Positions 24,999 to 39,539 of a stretch of DNA of 64,000 nucleotides are shown one piece after another. Each line of letters begins with the position of its first letter. Position 1 is the stretch's first letter. Below the pieces are notes generated by a model that was not told where the DNA came from, made no database searches, and saw only the letters and a program-made list of their open reading frames with translations. The stretch comes from Basidiobolus meristosporus CBS 931.73. Taxonomy: Eukaryota; Fungi; Basidiobolomycota. The translations under genes and the position numbers were made by a program. The DNA lies in the NCBI GenBank assembly GCA_002104905.1, contig MCFE01000172.1, positions 79,667-143,666 of the forward strand, read 5' to 3'.

Positions 24999-26092
24999 AT
25001 GGCAGGTTCAGTATCGCCTAGCTCCTTTCATCATCGGTATGATCGAGTGAACGGGATAAGATACCGTAAGTAGATTCACTTTCTCCATGACAGCCCTCAA
25101 TAACATTTGGCTTGCTAGACTACGTGGACGAGGGGCCAAAGCATGGACCCACTGTCCTATTGATGCACGGTTTCCCCGATGTAAGTAGGGATTTCTCAAC
25201 GGCCAGTCAACTAACCACGACTAACCGTGGAATCTAGCTTTGGTACGGGTGGAGACACCAGATCAAATTTCTGGCAGGGCAAGGGTATCGCGTGATTTGC
25301 CCTGACTTGCGTGGCTACGGTCAAACAGATTCCCCACACAGTCCGCCTATCGATATTCGTACCTACGGTGTGAAGAGTGTGGCTGACGATATGCTCAAGA
25401 TACTCGACAGGAATCATGTGGACAAGTTCGTGGTAATTGGTCACGACTGGGGTGGCTATCTCGCCTGGCGACTCTCTCTGTTCTACCCATCGAGACTATT
25501 GGGTGTTGGTAGCTTCTCGACCCCTTACTTCCCGGCGACAAAGGGGTTCGAGCCGCTTGAGACCATCGTCAAGAAAATGCCTAGTTTGAGTTACCAACTG
25601 GTGTTCAGAAAGCCTGAGAGTGACCAGTACTTCGATGACCATGCGGAGCTAATTCTTCGCGGCTTCTACCAGCGGAACAGACCTCAGGACGATGTAGTGG
25701 GATTTATGAAGCATATTCATATGCTCCCACCGGATGCGAAGAATGTTCAGCCAAGCCCATCGAACTTCACAACCGAGGCAGATATCAAATACTATATTGA
25801 TCAGTATACTAGGCGTGGATTCCACGGCGGACTCAACTACTACCGTACCACTCAAGTGAATTGGGAAGATACGAGAGAATTGTCGAGTAAAATCAATATT
25901 CCTGCTTTGATGGTCACCTCTGGTCACGATCCAGTACTGCCTCAGCAACTAACTGCTCATATGCCCCAATTTATCCCACATCTGACCCAAAGACACATAC
26001 AGAACAGTTCGCATTGGATTCTCTTGGAACAACCCGATCTGGCCAACTTGTATATCGCCGAATTTCTTGAAAGTCTACCCCTCAAGACATAA
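24999..26092 (+). CDS. Soluble epoxide hydrolase-like alpha/beta hydrolase (spliced)
   Basis: HYVDEGP..VLLMHGFPD-LWYGWRHQI..PDLRGYGQTD..VIGHDWGG..GGLNYYR..SSHWILLEQP. Confidence 0.92.
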
Positions 26093-26790
26093 AAGGCAAT
26101 ACAATGGATAGCTTTTTAGAGTATCTACCTGAAATAAAGCACCTTAACCGAGGTTGAACAGCGATGAGAATAGTATTCAACACTCGTAAATAACGCTTGT
26201 GCTATTGTATCAGCCAAGAGGGTTTTCAGGGTCCAACAGCTGAAGTGGAATACTAAAGTAGGACGCCACCCTAGACACCCAGATGATACACCTAGATCGG
26301 ATCTGTCAAATGATGGATCATATTACTTTAACCCCTTCCCATGACACGGCAATAGGAGCAACTTCAAAGAAACCAATATTGATGAGATATGCCATATATA
26401 TACAGTGGGAAAGGGTATCCCAAGAACAATGGTAACTATGCTTTAATTTTGGAATTACTTGTATGGTTAAGGCCCAATCGAGATGGCATCTGAAATACCA
26501 TCCGCCTTCGGTACCTCTGAATGTAGCTAGCTTTCTGCATGCCGCGGTGAGTGAAGAAGTACGTGGAATCATTAAAACTACAAGGTTTTTTACGTTGTAC
26601 TAGCAGTACGGCCTTTAGATTCGTCCACTTTTGCTGGTGATGCTGTAGATGGACCTGGAGTAGAATGTAATAAAATAGACCGTGTTCGAGTATACGTTTG
26701 AGCCGGCTTCAACAAAATTCATGTGGTTTAGGTATATTTTGATTTATGGTTCGAGCACGTGTCTTCTGTAGAACGACCACACAGCAGCAG

Positions 26791-28461
26791 TTAACTATTA
26801 GGCTTCGCAATCCACGTTGCTCCGCTCATTCTTTTCCAGGCCGCCCGAAACCCGGTTGCTGTGCTACTATTCGTGCTCTCAGTCTTCGATCGTCTCGTAC
26901 GAGTAGCCGAGGGGGATGTTCGGATGATTTTTGGATCGTTCTCGTTGGTCACTGGATCAACCACAGTGTTAGAACGCACCCTTAGTGGCGCCGGTGTAAC
27001 CACAATGGCAGGCGGCTCTTCCGGCGTGTCGATGGCTTGCTCAGATTCAGGGCCTTGATAGTCAGAGGCCAACAGCTCCTCGAGCTTTCCACTCTCCATG
27101 ATTCGGGTCAGTATTTTGTTAATGTAAAGGGTTAATCCTTTGTTTTCTTCCCGCAGCAAGCGGATCTCTTCGCGTAATATTTTCAACTCCCCTATAGGGT
27201 GGAATGGTTAATACGTGTTGTCGAAAGGATGGCTATCGAAGATAACTCACCACTCGCAACCATTTTCTCAGTGAACGGGAGTTCTGGCGACGGAGGAGCT
27301 GAATTTAGTAGTTCAATATCTAGTGTACTACAACCGTTTACCCCGAGATTTTTCCCGCCTTCCTCATCCTCCAATGTATCTGGAGGGCTCTATGGAACAA
27401 GGTTACTGGCGTGACCTTAGATCAACCAACCTGCATTTTTACGAGAATACCTGTAATCCGCGGTTTAGAGAAAAGTTTCCGGAGATGGTTTTTTCGTGTA
27501 ACAGCATTTGAAAGGATTCATTCTCTTCCATTAAGGTTAGATTCATCTCCTTCAATTGATCTCTCTCAGACGTGAGCTCGGTCATCTGCCCATTTCTCTC
27601 TAGATCTCGCTGCTCCAATCTTCTTATTTGCTCGGTTGCTTCCTCCAACTTCACTCTAAGGTCGGTAATCACTGTATCGCGATGACGAATGGTTTTCTTG
27701 AAATCTTCAGACTGGGCTTGGGATTTGGGCTTTTTTGACGTAGAAGTCGCCTGGACATTCAGGTGAACCACCCCAGGAGCCCCCGGCGTGTAACTCGATC
27801 TGGTGCGCTGAGTAGACTCCCGAGGCATAGTGGAATTCGATTGAGGCCGCGAGCGCGCCACTTGTGGAGAAACGCGGCTTTGATGACTCAGGAGAGATTT
27901 GACTTTTTTATTTAAGGATTGTACCTTCTCCGACCATTGATTCCTTTCAATCTCGAACTCCTCATTCTCCATCTCCAGCTTCTTCTTCGCCTCCCGCTTG
28001 CTTCTTAACAGCTCATGATTTTTCTTTGTTAACCAGGAGATCTCCTGCTCCCGGGCTAGGATCTGCGCTTCCAGATGGGTGGATGTATCCCCGGCTTTGA
28101 TTAGGTCTTGATGAAGTTGATGGTGCTGCTTTTTTAGATATTGATTTTCCTCGCTAGTCTTGAGGTTCTTTTCGTTAGCTTCGTGGAGCTGGATGATGAG
28201 TTCGTCCCTCTCTTGTTGGATTCGCTTTTGAATCTCTAGGTCTGTCAAAATGGGCCTTAAGTGCCCCTGAGTGGAGTTCATGGAACTTTCAAGCACGTGC
28301 TCGTATTGCCAAGCTTGGCTGGTGAAGGCTTTCTCAAGGGGATCACGTATAGGACTATTGTGTTTTTGAAGCAGGTAGGAAGCGAAAAAGAACAGGCACA
28401 CAAGGGCCGATGCCAAGGCTAGATGAGTGGATATTATTCCGGGCAGGAATTGAAAACCCAA
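26791..28461 (-). CDS. Hypothetical coiled-coil protein (N-terminal hydrophobic segment; start and splicing uncertain)
   Basis: 340-aa and 131-aa ORFs in tandem with heptad-rich segments (LMEENESFQMLLHEKT; LREENKGLTLYINKILTRI), probably joined by splicing. Confidence 0.6.
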
Positions 28462-29533
28462 AGGCTTTAGATTGTCTGTGCTGATCGGAGGATAAACAGA
28501 ATGGCCTGTGGATGATTCGGCAAACTTGCAACAGTGGGCACCAATTTTGAATGCTCGGATAGGAGGGTCGTAGGGTGGGTGTAGTGGTGGAGCAAATGGA
28601 TTTGTTGATTCGAGTAATATACCGTGACATAGAGATATTTAGAGACATCGGGTTGGGAAGGTTATTTGCATTTAACCAATTGATTGATGTCGAGTTAAAA
28701 GAAAGTATGGTTCCAATCTAAAGATGTGCTTGATCTAAGAAACCCTTTCCAACTACTCAGTGGCTCTTATAAATAGTCAGGCCAGATGCATTGCCGATGA
28801 TATTACATCCGGCTGCTCCATGTACTTCTGACGGACGATCACAAGGAAGCATTTTAGTGGCTCCTCTTGAAAGACCGTCTTTTTGCATTCTCCCCTGAGA
28901 TTTGGTCCAACCTTTCCTGACCCAGCCATTGTAGATCATTGAGTTTCATCGAATATTATTCTTTCATAGATTGCTGTGATGAGACTGAAGCTATATGCAC
29001 CTCTTTCCGACAGCATATGCATCTTCCAACTTCCACTTGACATCATGCCAACGCTCATGTAATATGGATCCCAACAGCAGGCCTCTGCCCCTTAGCCATA
29101 TGATCACTGCAATCAAGGATCAAAGGTGCCAGCCAGTTGTCCAGCATAGCGCTACATTGCAAGCGGCATTCATGAGGAGGTGGATTATATCAATGCAACA
29201 TTCCTAACTGGTATGGGAGATTTCGGTAATTTATCAGCCTGGCGAAGTCTTATATTTGGAAAGGGGTTGATATAATACTACGTAAGATCACATGCGAGTT
29301 AGAAGTCAGATAAGAGATTTGAAGTCAACACAGTCTCTTGATATAGCACCAAACAATGGTGTGAGAACTCGGATATAGGAAAGCTGATTCTAATCAAAAA
29401 CTACGAAAGAAAGAGTGTATTTGAAAATACGAATAGGCATACAGCTATAAGCAAGCATGACTCCGTCAATAAGTGATTCCAGTGTGCACTTCAATAAATC
29501 CTGGATCAATTAGTCGTCATCAACGCCAGCACA

Positions 29534-32500
29534 TTAGCAGTCCGTCTCAAGCGGTGACCAGCACGCAGTATTCCCATGATTGCCAGGTGCGTTCTGGGAA
29601 GAGGGGAACGGTTCCTCCACACCCTTCAAAGAACCGGAGCTGTGGAAGATTTTTGGTTGATAGGTAGGATCCTTGTCCATCACGCTATTTCATTGAGATT
29701 AGGAAGACTACTTGGTGAGAGTAGATTAAAAGAACCTTGCCTGGAATTGCGGAACTTCTCCACTAGAGCCATTTTGCCTTGGATATTAGCATACGATATG
29801 TGGCATACCTTGTCCGAATTAAAACGACCCCTGGCAAAATGTTAATATCTTCCGGCATCAATAAAGCCTGTAGAATGCTGACCATTTACGACCTACGCGT
29901 TTCTCGATGAAGCTCACCACCGCGCTGTCACTCTGTATTAGTAAAGCAGCAACAAGCCTTGGTGATCGAACAACTTACTTGACGTCAATAAAGTTGATGA
30001 AAGCGTAACCAACATTGCAGTGATTCTTGAAATCAATACGAAGATACACGAAATCATATTCCCCTTTGTGCGTCTCGTCAATGCACTCCAGCAGCATTTT
30101 CTATTGCAAACTGTGAGATATTGACCATCACGATGAATGTTACCATTCAATATAAGCGTACCTGGGTATATTTGTTGGGAATATTTCGGATCATGAATGT
30201 TGTTCTGTTATCAAGGCCTAAAATGTAGAAAATGCCATGAGATTAGGCTGCCGGACTAAGAGACTGCACGGCTTTACCTTGCGTAATTCTCCGTACATCA
30301 ACTTGGTTTCTTGAGGGTACGACGTTCTCGCAAGAATTCGAGTTTGAAGAATATCGGGGCATATTTGATGGAGAGTGCGAAGCAGCCAGATAGTTCTTGT
30401 TAGGCTTGAGCTGCCACGTTTTAGACCAAATGTTAGCCTTCGAATCAAAAGCTTTCCCCAGAGGTATTGGCGACACCAATTTGAGATCACTTGGTTTGCT
30501 GGACACCGGCTGGAACGGTTGAGCAGGATAAGGCATCCCTGCTGAAGTAAACTCATAGCTTGGAGGTGCTGTCATTCCATGTGCATCCAGTTTACCGTAT
30601 ATGCCATTGAACATGACTGCCTCATCCTTTCGCTTGTCCAAGAGACTTTCGTTTAGGAAGGCGTCATTACTCATATCCCGGCAATCATGGTAAATGACGA
30701 TTCTATCGATGGGATCCTCAGTTGGACAAAAGCTAACTTGATATTGAATGCCATTGCGATCCATCCGATGCAGCTTCTCCTCAGCCGCCACTGCGGTTCT
30801 GACGTCATAAAACTCCACCACTATGCTGGATTTATAGGGAAGTTGGCTTATCTGTCGTATGTCACCGCAGGATTCCAGGATCAGCTGCATGTTGGAAGTA
30901 AACTGATTTGGTGGATGGAAAGTCAGAAGCAGCTTTCCATCAAAATCACATATATGCTTGAACGAGCTAAAGAGCGCAGTACTTTTGACCAATTTGGACA
31001 TTCGAACGAAATTGATGGCCGTATGTTCTTTAATCTCGCTTGCCCTTAATTGGTAGACAGCCGCAATGGCGTCACGTAGATCATAGTAGGCCACAATTAT
31101 CATTCCGAGATCCTGGACGCGATCCGTCAGCACTTGCCACACTTTGCCTGAGCTCTAATTGAAGATTTTCCGTTAGTGTTAGTGAACTTTGGATTGCTAC
31201 CAACCAGGACACACCTTCAAGAATTCCAAGTCCGCGGGGCTGATCCCCTGAGGTAAGAGATTCACAGAGACAAAATGAGTAGGCGATGAGCTATAACAAG
31301 AGGATAGGCCATGGATGTCATTCAGTGCAGGCGAGCCAAACCCCTGCATCCGCCCTGGAAGGGGCTTCCCATTGGTAAGAAAAGTCTCACAACCATCTAG
31401 ACGGTCTGTTCCTTCATAGCCTCTCCACACCTTCGCTTCCTCCAGGGACATTTTGCTTATCTGTTCCTCTGAGGTCGGATGAATTGGATTAGAATCCAGG
31501 GTCTGCCGGTGAGCCACACACGTTCCCACTTACCAATACCCCAATCAAGTGACTTTTTCTCGGAATGCTGCCTCCCTTTTGGATTTGGGAATATAGATGC
31601 GGAAAATCTTGAGTATGTGCCTGGGTTGTGCTTGGTCTTGGCTAGTGAATCAGTACTAATGTCTTCCCCAAACGTGGGTATAAAGCCAGGCATCGATGGC
31701 TGCTGAGGAGGGGGTGGTTAGTGGCAGTGCTATCTGGAGAATGGTAGTGGGAGGTCACCTCAAGGAGCTCAGTTCCGGTTCGATTGTCGGCGCATAATGC
31801 GAGCGCTGCGGTCGAATGGATCTCATCACTGCCTCTAATGGCGTTTTCGTTTTTTTCTACAACTATGTCTAATGGTTTTTGGGGGGAAGCCTGATTTCCA
31901 GCATGGCTGCTGATGTCAATGGTGGCTGTAAGCATTGTGATGGAATGGGGTGGATTTCAAAATTCAAACAACTGGAGAGTTGCTTATGACAGTAGAATTT
32001 TAGGCAAAACTTCGGATTGCGCAGGGTCAGGATCAGCTAGATTTTGCACTGATACCACGATGTCTGTACTTGGAAGTATCGAAGGGCCAAGTCTAGAGCA
32101 AAAGGATAGACAATGCCCAGGATGGGAGGCCATCTTTTATAAGTACACCTCCTGTCTAACTAAATCCATGGTTATGTATGCTCTTGGATTCTGATGATTC
32201 TATCCGACATTAACCGGGGCCAGTGTTTGCGGTCTAAATTTGAAATGATCTCATAGTGCCGTCGGCCTCCTGTTGCAGATTGATTTTTAGCCTTGGTAGT
32301 TATTGGGCTACCAGTTGAGGATCGGTGATATGCCAGATATTGGATCCTCCTAGATACAAGGCATGCGGCAATCTATTGAGCTGAACAGTGAAACGCAATC
32401 TGGTGAGCACTAGGTGGGGCTTTCTGGAACATCTAGATCCGTACTCAATGGCATCCCGATGCTTGGAGACATGATAAAAACAATTATTGGAAACTTTGTT

Positions 32501-32718
32501 TCTCCTTTTACCCCTTTCCACACAGCCCCTTTGCCTCCAGCAATTCCTACACTGGTGCCGTGGTGATTGGATTCGTGCTGACACTGCTTGACCCTCAGCT
32601 GAGCATAGCTTTGTAACAGCGTTCGGCCGCCGTCCCGTTGCTGCGTAAGTTCTACCGGATTTGCCAGGATATCGTTCAGTTCGAAAGACATGTTAGCCAT
32701 CCGGATCCCCCTATTCAC
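29534..32718 (-). CDS. mei2: Mei2-like RRM protein (multi-exon; start approximate)
   Basis: Two N-terminal RRMs (MIIVAYYDLRDA; IVVEFYDVRTA) and the C-terminal RRM3 signature GKYDFVYLRIDFKNHCNVGYAFINF..PKIFHSSG..EEPFP; stop at 29534-29536. Confidence 0.85.
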
Positions 32719-34581
32719 CCCAACGTCTGTTATTGTTTATGCAGCTATAAGGGTTAGTCGAGTATTAATCTACCCCGCTCCATGCACTTACGTATCCTCG
32801 CATCTGATTCCTTGCCCGCAAAGGGTTATACTCCTCTCAACTTAATCCGATGGGTGTATGAATGAAACTAATAAATTGTACATGGGGGCGGGCAACACCG
32901 GACTTGGCATATGGTTTAGCTCTTCCTATTCAGCCGCTCCATCCAGAAATAATAGGATGTTTCTCCTGGTGTAATGAGTTTCCAATAATGCAGCTGTGAA
33001 TGGTAAATTGGACTTACTGCCACCCAACGAGAAGAAAGCCGAATGACATCCGCTCTGGCGAGGTGAGTTGACAATTGGCCGAGTGTCACTGCTTAGCTCG
33101 TGCCTTCTAATGGCTTACACATATCTATGTCCGTGGTAAAAAGCAGTGACCTAAATGCACCACATAATTGGTAACGGTCCAGTGATTAGGCGCATCGTAG
33201 TACAGACAGCCTCACTTGGATCCCATCTAGGATGAGGCTCTTTTATGGCTACCGTTTGATGTCTTCTTATACCCGTAAAAGACGATCGAGCCATGCTTCG
33301 ATTACGTATCGTTTCACCTGAGCTATTGCTCAAGATAGGCGTGATCTCAAGGGAAGACGGTGACGTTTAGAGCATTCAATATTCGGGTCCCCCCTCTTGA
33401 CTCTGCTCTGATAGACTACTGCTCCACGCCACAATTCGGCCTGTGCTAAAAAGACTACATTTGCGTTAATTATGAAAACCATGTCAAACAGATTAGAAGA
33501 ACGCAGATAGCCCATCGGCACTCGTACTGCAATCATCAGGGACTAATTAATCTGGTGTGTCAGACACCAACGGTCTCTTATGGGATATTAAGACGATGCT
33601 TCTTGTGTACATTGCTGCTAGGCAACTGGTAGCTACCTAAACAGAAATAAGAATAAGTAATCTATGTACCCGTGTGAAACCCCATGATCATACGCTCTGC
33701 ATAGATATTTCTAGGCAAATGTTTGGCAACCATATGATTCGGTATCACCATATCCTAAGCAAGCAGTCAGCTCCCCCGCCAATAGACTTCTGAGGGCCAT
33801 GTAATAGATCGTCGCTCATGTAGATCATCGGGTACACCTCCTACACAAGATATCACGGATACATACCAAGCCAGGCAAAACGAGAATTAGTGCCAATGCC
33901 AACATCTAGGGAAACTAAACCCACTTGAAAAATAACCAGTTTGCGAATCTAATGCGAATCCATGCTGTGGATGAGATGAAGCAATCGAGGAGGCGAGATG
34001 CATAACCATTCTCACCTCTGCTTCCCAGTTTTTTGTAGTTGGCCAAGCCATATTCATTTGTAGTAAGCGAATTTACCAACAACCTAGGTCTCAGTCATCG
34101 CTCATGTTACTCTATTGTATGTACCTATTTGGGATTTCTCCAGTGTTAGACATAACCTATCACTTGGACTCCTGATCTCAAAATATTACCTAATGCTACG
34201 TTGTTAATTTTGATGATAATTTTTGATTTTGTGATATCCATCAGGTCCTTCCTTCTGATTGCCTCTCAACTCATATATTCAGCCTGACTCCTTGCGGCTG
34301 AACAGTCCCATTCTTCCTTAGTTGCTTCGGATTCGTAAGCGACATATTGGTCTTCGAACACAAGTGTATTGTTACTTTGGCAATAGATTCAGTTTTGGTG
34401 TCACCCCGTTTGCCCCCACCCTCCTGATGTTAGGCAATGGGAAAAGCCTAGACATTATTACGTAGTAAATCGTTGCAACACCACCAGTAAATTTAAATCA
34501 CGTTTGGACAGTCCTTCCGAGTACTAGATCCTAGGATAAACCCAATTAGTAGCAACCCCTCGCGTAAATTCCGGTTGCATC

Positions 34582-37500
34582 ATGACCCAACAACTCCCCG
34601 CCAAACCGGAGTTCGAAGGAGCACAAGATCCCCTGGAAGAGGAATACGCCAAGTGGAATCTGGAGTCAGTGCTCAACTGGCTAGAAGAAAACGATTTTGG
34701 AGAATACAAACAAAATTTCGCTGGTAACCTCCTCTAGTCCAGCACGCTTGTCTTTCTTTCCGTTTGCTTCGTATTCACTTGGGTCATTTTCCGTTCAGAT
34801 AACCAGGTTTACGGGAAATCTTTTTTCGAACTCACCCATAAAGCCTTGAAGAACCTTGACATTCCTACCATCACTGAAAGGGTTAGGCTATTGAATGCTA
34901 CCAAGAAAGTGGGCCTTCACCGTTCTCGTAGAAACCGTAGTGACTCTGTAATGGAAGGTTTTATAAAGACACGTCAGCGTATCCTCAACTAATCTCTTGA
35001 TCTTATACAGGTTCAAATCAACACCGAAACACTTCCTGAATCAGACCAAGAGCCTTCACAACAGTCTGATCTTACTCCGGATGGTGAAGAGCGTCGCACT
35101 GAGGATTTATTACAACGAGCCACGTCCCAATATCGCCACGCTTCTAGAGAGGCTATTCGCACACATGAATCTCGTATCGCCAGTTCGGATACTGGTCAGC
35201 ACCCTAGTAACGGTACGCAGTCTTCCAGCAGAGGAAATGGTAATGGATCTCTGGGGATCTACGCTAGCTCTCAAACCTTTCAAAACACTAACTATGAATG
35301 CATATCTGCGGAAAATGCTCCAGCCCCCTACGTACCAGTTATCAGGCCTAGAGGTTCATCGAAGGAATATTTCCAAAACTCGACCGTACACAATACTACT
35401 TCTCCCTCGCCTTCATCACTCGTTTCTCACGGTGCCGCCACCATCGCGATCACTCCCAGAAGCTCTTCAAGAAATATTCGCTTCTTTTCTTCTTCACCAA
35501 GCTCCACTGCTGATACCCACAACCCATCGCCTGTGAGTATTACCGATTCGAGTAGCACAGTTAGCGAGTATCCATCCATCCCACCCCGTGGAGAATCACT
35601 GGGCCGCTGGCGAAGTAAGAACTCCCCCATCAACACGTCTTTACCTTCAGCCTCCAGCATGGGACCATCAACGATTATACCCACCTCTTCAACAGCTTCT
35701 TCCGCTGTTGGCACAGCATCACCCGCCAAAGAGATCTCTCCGAGCACGACTTACTTCCTAGGATGGACTTCTAAAACGCACAAAAAAGCCAAAAGCTGCC
35801 CGGTATGTATGCTATATGGAAAACTCACAAACGATCTGGGTTGCTAACCGGTCTTGCCTTTAGGATGACCTCATACCTCCTCAGGTGCACTATCAACCAT
35901 GTTCGGGAACTGGTTACAAAATGATAACTAATGTTTTTTTCGCATGTAGAAAATCATACGAGTAAGGCAAGAGAACAGCCCCGTAGTTCAAACGATGAGT
36001 ATGATCCACCTAGGTACCCCCCAGCTTCTATACGAGCGGATATTTCATCGGCTCAATATTACCGACGATTGGGAGCGTTACCTGGTTTATGCTTGTCGAC
36101 AAGGAAGCTCAGGTAAGCTAACTTTCAAGAATGTTGCCGACCCACCGGCCTGATTTAACTAGATTGTGTTGTCAGTGGGAAAGCCGATTGACAAAAAAGA
36201 GCTGTACGAGCTCTGTCAAGAGGCGGAGATAACTGACCCCATCGAATTGGTAGTTTGTCGCAGCGATACGGTTGACCCTGACCCTAGTCAGCCGCAACAT
36301 CATTCTGGTGATGCCAGGTACTTGTTCCAGACACCCCTCCACACCGCCTCACAGGCACGTCACCAGAACGAAGAAAACGATGTCCCCTTGGGAGTTTCAT
36401 GCGACCTCCGACCGCAGCCGTCACAACTTCAACGAATAAGCAAGATTCTACATCAGGATCAAGCATATACCGATCCCGCGGCTAAACCACCCTTACCTAC
36501 CACTGACGCCTCTCGGCAAAACTCTGCCAGGCACAAGTTACACCGTAGAGCTTCTAGCTACGGAAGCTTGCACGAATTAGCCAAACCTAAAGAGTCGATG
36601 CTAAACACCAAAACCAAAGCAGACGCTTGCCATTCCGACTTATGGTCCAAACCGCCCACCCCTAGTGCCACCACCCCGCCCGAGAATGGTAGTAACCTTT
36701 TATTCAGAGTGGCCCCCGTAAGCACCGAGCCTACCCCGTCCCAAAATGGACCAGCTTTCGGAGAGCGCCCTTCGGCCGAGCACATCTCCCGAAACCTCGA
36801 TTTCTATTTCCCCAACCACGATCTGGACCAGCCCATCATAGAAGCTGCGAATGGGAGTGGGAGTGTCGAGCCAAAGCACGAAAAAACCCCGGAATTGGTT
36901 CACAAAAAGACTATCCGTGGGATCGTCCAAGAGGCACGAAGGAATTCCATGCGTAACGGTCAGCCTGTACGTAGGAAGAGCACCAAGCTATGGGGGAACA
37001 AGGTCTCGGAAGTCCCCAAAACACGGGATGTCGAAAGACGCAATTGTCAGGTGGCCATGGATGAAAACAATCAGCCCGTACTTCTAAACAAGAAGAACAC
37101 TCAGCCTTGGGCCACAGGTATGTTTCTTCCACAACCTCAGTTCACTTGATCTCTGGGCCCTGAACGCTTTTTTGTATGTAATGGCATGTAGCATCCAAGA
37201 TACAATGGGTTAGGGGGTCGCTTATTGGCAAAGGCTCTTTCGGAAAGGTTTATCATGCTTTGAACGCAGTGACCGGTGAGATGATCGCCGTCAAGCAAGT
37301 GGATGTACCCAATATGTACCAGTCGGTCCGTCAACAGAAGGCAGTGGTAAGTGCAGCATATAGTCGCAGGAGAGTAACTAGATGCTCACTCTCAAAACGC
37401 TCTATAGGCTACTCTCTATGCAGAGATCGATCTCTTGAAGAACTTGGAGCATGAGAATATTGTTCAGTACTTAGGTAACAATTGACAATACGAAGTCCAC

Positions 37501-38664
37501 AAGGCTCCATACACTAACTACGAACAACACAGGATTTGAGGTGAACGAGAACACCATCAATATATTCCTCGAGTACGTACCCGGTGGAACAATAGCCAGT
37601 GCTCTAGTCAGACATGGCGCTCTCCCAGTGAACGTGATTAAATCCTTCGTGAGACAAACACTCTTGGCGCTAGAGTATCTCCATGAGCGGAAGATATTGC
37701 ATCGAGTAACTAATAGAACGTTTGGATGGTTTCATAATTCCGCGAGCCCTAATCCCACCGGATTTCTTGTAGGATATCAAAGGTGCAAACATACTAGTCG
37801 ACACGGATGGCATCTGCAAGATCTCGGATTTTGGCATCTCCAAGAAAAACGGTATTTTCCTTCTCCTGGCTGATTCGACTCCTAGATGCACTCAAACCCT
37901 AGACTTTTGTTAGATGATCGGATCGCCTACACCAGTGACTCCCGGATGTCTCTACAAGGGTCCATTTTCTGGTAGGAGCATGATTTACCCTTGGTGAGCC
38001 ACCCTTCACCGCTAATCAGGTTGATGTTGATTGTAGGATGGCCCCAGAAGTGATCAAGAATAACGGGTACAGCGCGAAAGTTGACATCTGGTTCGTGTTG
38101 GTATGGATTTGTAACTGGCCGGCATGCTTTAACTGACCGAAATTTTCTTCCAGGAGTCTCGGCTGCCTGCTGATTGAGATGTGGTCCGGGCAGAGGCCTT
38201 GGATGCAGTTCAACGAGATCGCCACTATGTGGAAGGTAACTCTGACTCCAGATGAGCATCCCTCCATTCCTTAAGCTAAACAACCATCCATAGCTTGGTA
38301 CCATGCAAGGCCCACCCCCTCCAGAGAATCTAACCCCAGAGGCGCGAGACTTCTTGGAGAAATGCCTGACTATGTATGCTTCTACACCTCGTAACTCACT
38401 CCCGCATATGTCAACTCACTAATATATACCTAACCCTCTAGCGATCCAGAAGAACGACCAACCGCCTCGGAACTTCTATCCCATCCGTTCTGCCAGATCG
38501 ATGGGAATTTCAAATTTACTGATTTCTTCACCATCGACCCCAACTTCACGCCCAACTCCAATACCAAGACCAACTGGACTTCGCTGGCATCTGAGAATCC
38601 ACAGGAAATCTTGGCCACGCAAGACTCCAGTCCCAGTCCCACCGAAACCACCCACCAGTGTTGA
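34582..38664 (+). CDS. bck1: MAP kinase kinase kinase, Bck1/Mkh1-like, with N-terminal SAM-like domain (spliced)
   Basis: N-terminal WNLESVLNWLEENDFGEY; LDFYFPNHDLDQP and RRKSTKLWG motifs; kinase WVRGSLIGKGSFGKVY..AVKQV..FLEYVPGG..HRDIKGANIL..KISDFG..FWMAPEV. Confidence 0.85.
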
Positions 38665-39539
38665 CATCTTCATCCTTATTACCTCCTTCCCTCTCTCCCC
38701 CTCTTTTACTCATCTACATGACGGTGGTAGCAACGTAAATAGTAATGGAAGTAGCCTACCTCATGCTACCTACCACTTGTATTTTAAGTCTCGGTCCACA
38801 TCGCCCCGGGGCTATCCCTGCTCCCCAAGGGATTACTAACCCTAGCCTTGGCCTTAGCCCTAATCCACATCCTCTTCCCTCAGCGCGAGATCAGTTTGCT
38901 TCATCACTCCCCACAATCGGGGAGTGATCGGCGCCCGAGCCAGCCTTATTGTCTCAACTGGGGGAAGAGGGTTCAAGTTGGTGGGAAACTAAGGCGAAGC
39001 CGGAGCAAGGATTTACCATGATGTACTTATTATTATAGAATTTTTGGGAATAAAGTTCACTCCGTTTGTGGGAGAAGGACTTCGGTGGTTTGCAGGGAGA
39101 GGGAGGACCGACCGTTCATTCCTGGGCATCGCGCGGTGGTGATGGTGGTGGCGCTCAGTTGCAGAAGAAAGTAGAATTTATTATCCGTTCTAAGGGTACC
39201 ATTCACAGACTGATGGGTTGGACCATGTAGCTAAGTGGATGGGAGCAGATCAAAATCCAGGTTGGAATGGGATATATGTGTATATATAGCTGAAGTAGAT
39301 ACATGATTCGTTGAAATAACACTGTAAAGCAAGCTGAAGAAAGCAGGATGGGGATTAGATTTGGGAGGGGAATCCATAGAACATCCCTCACAAATGGCCA
39401 TTCGTTGAGGGCGCCATGGGTCGTAGTGGCCAGAGTATAGATTAATATAAAGTACAAGTAGGACTCGGAGAGAGTAGGGACAAGTAAAAGGAACAGGAAG
39501 CGGGGCTCCGTTCCAAGTCGACACCCCGTCCAAAGAGAA

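Noticed and set aside
37207-37215. GGGTTAGGG inside the MAPKKK gene
   Set aside because: Encodes W-V-R-G of kinase subdomain I; a chance match.
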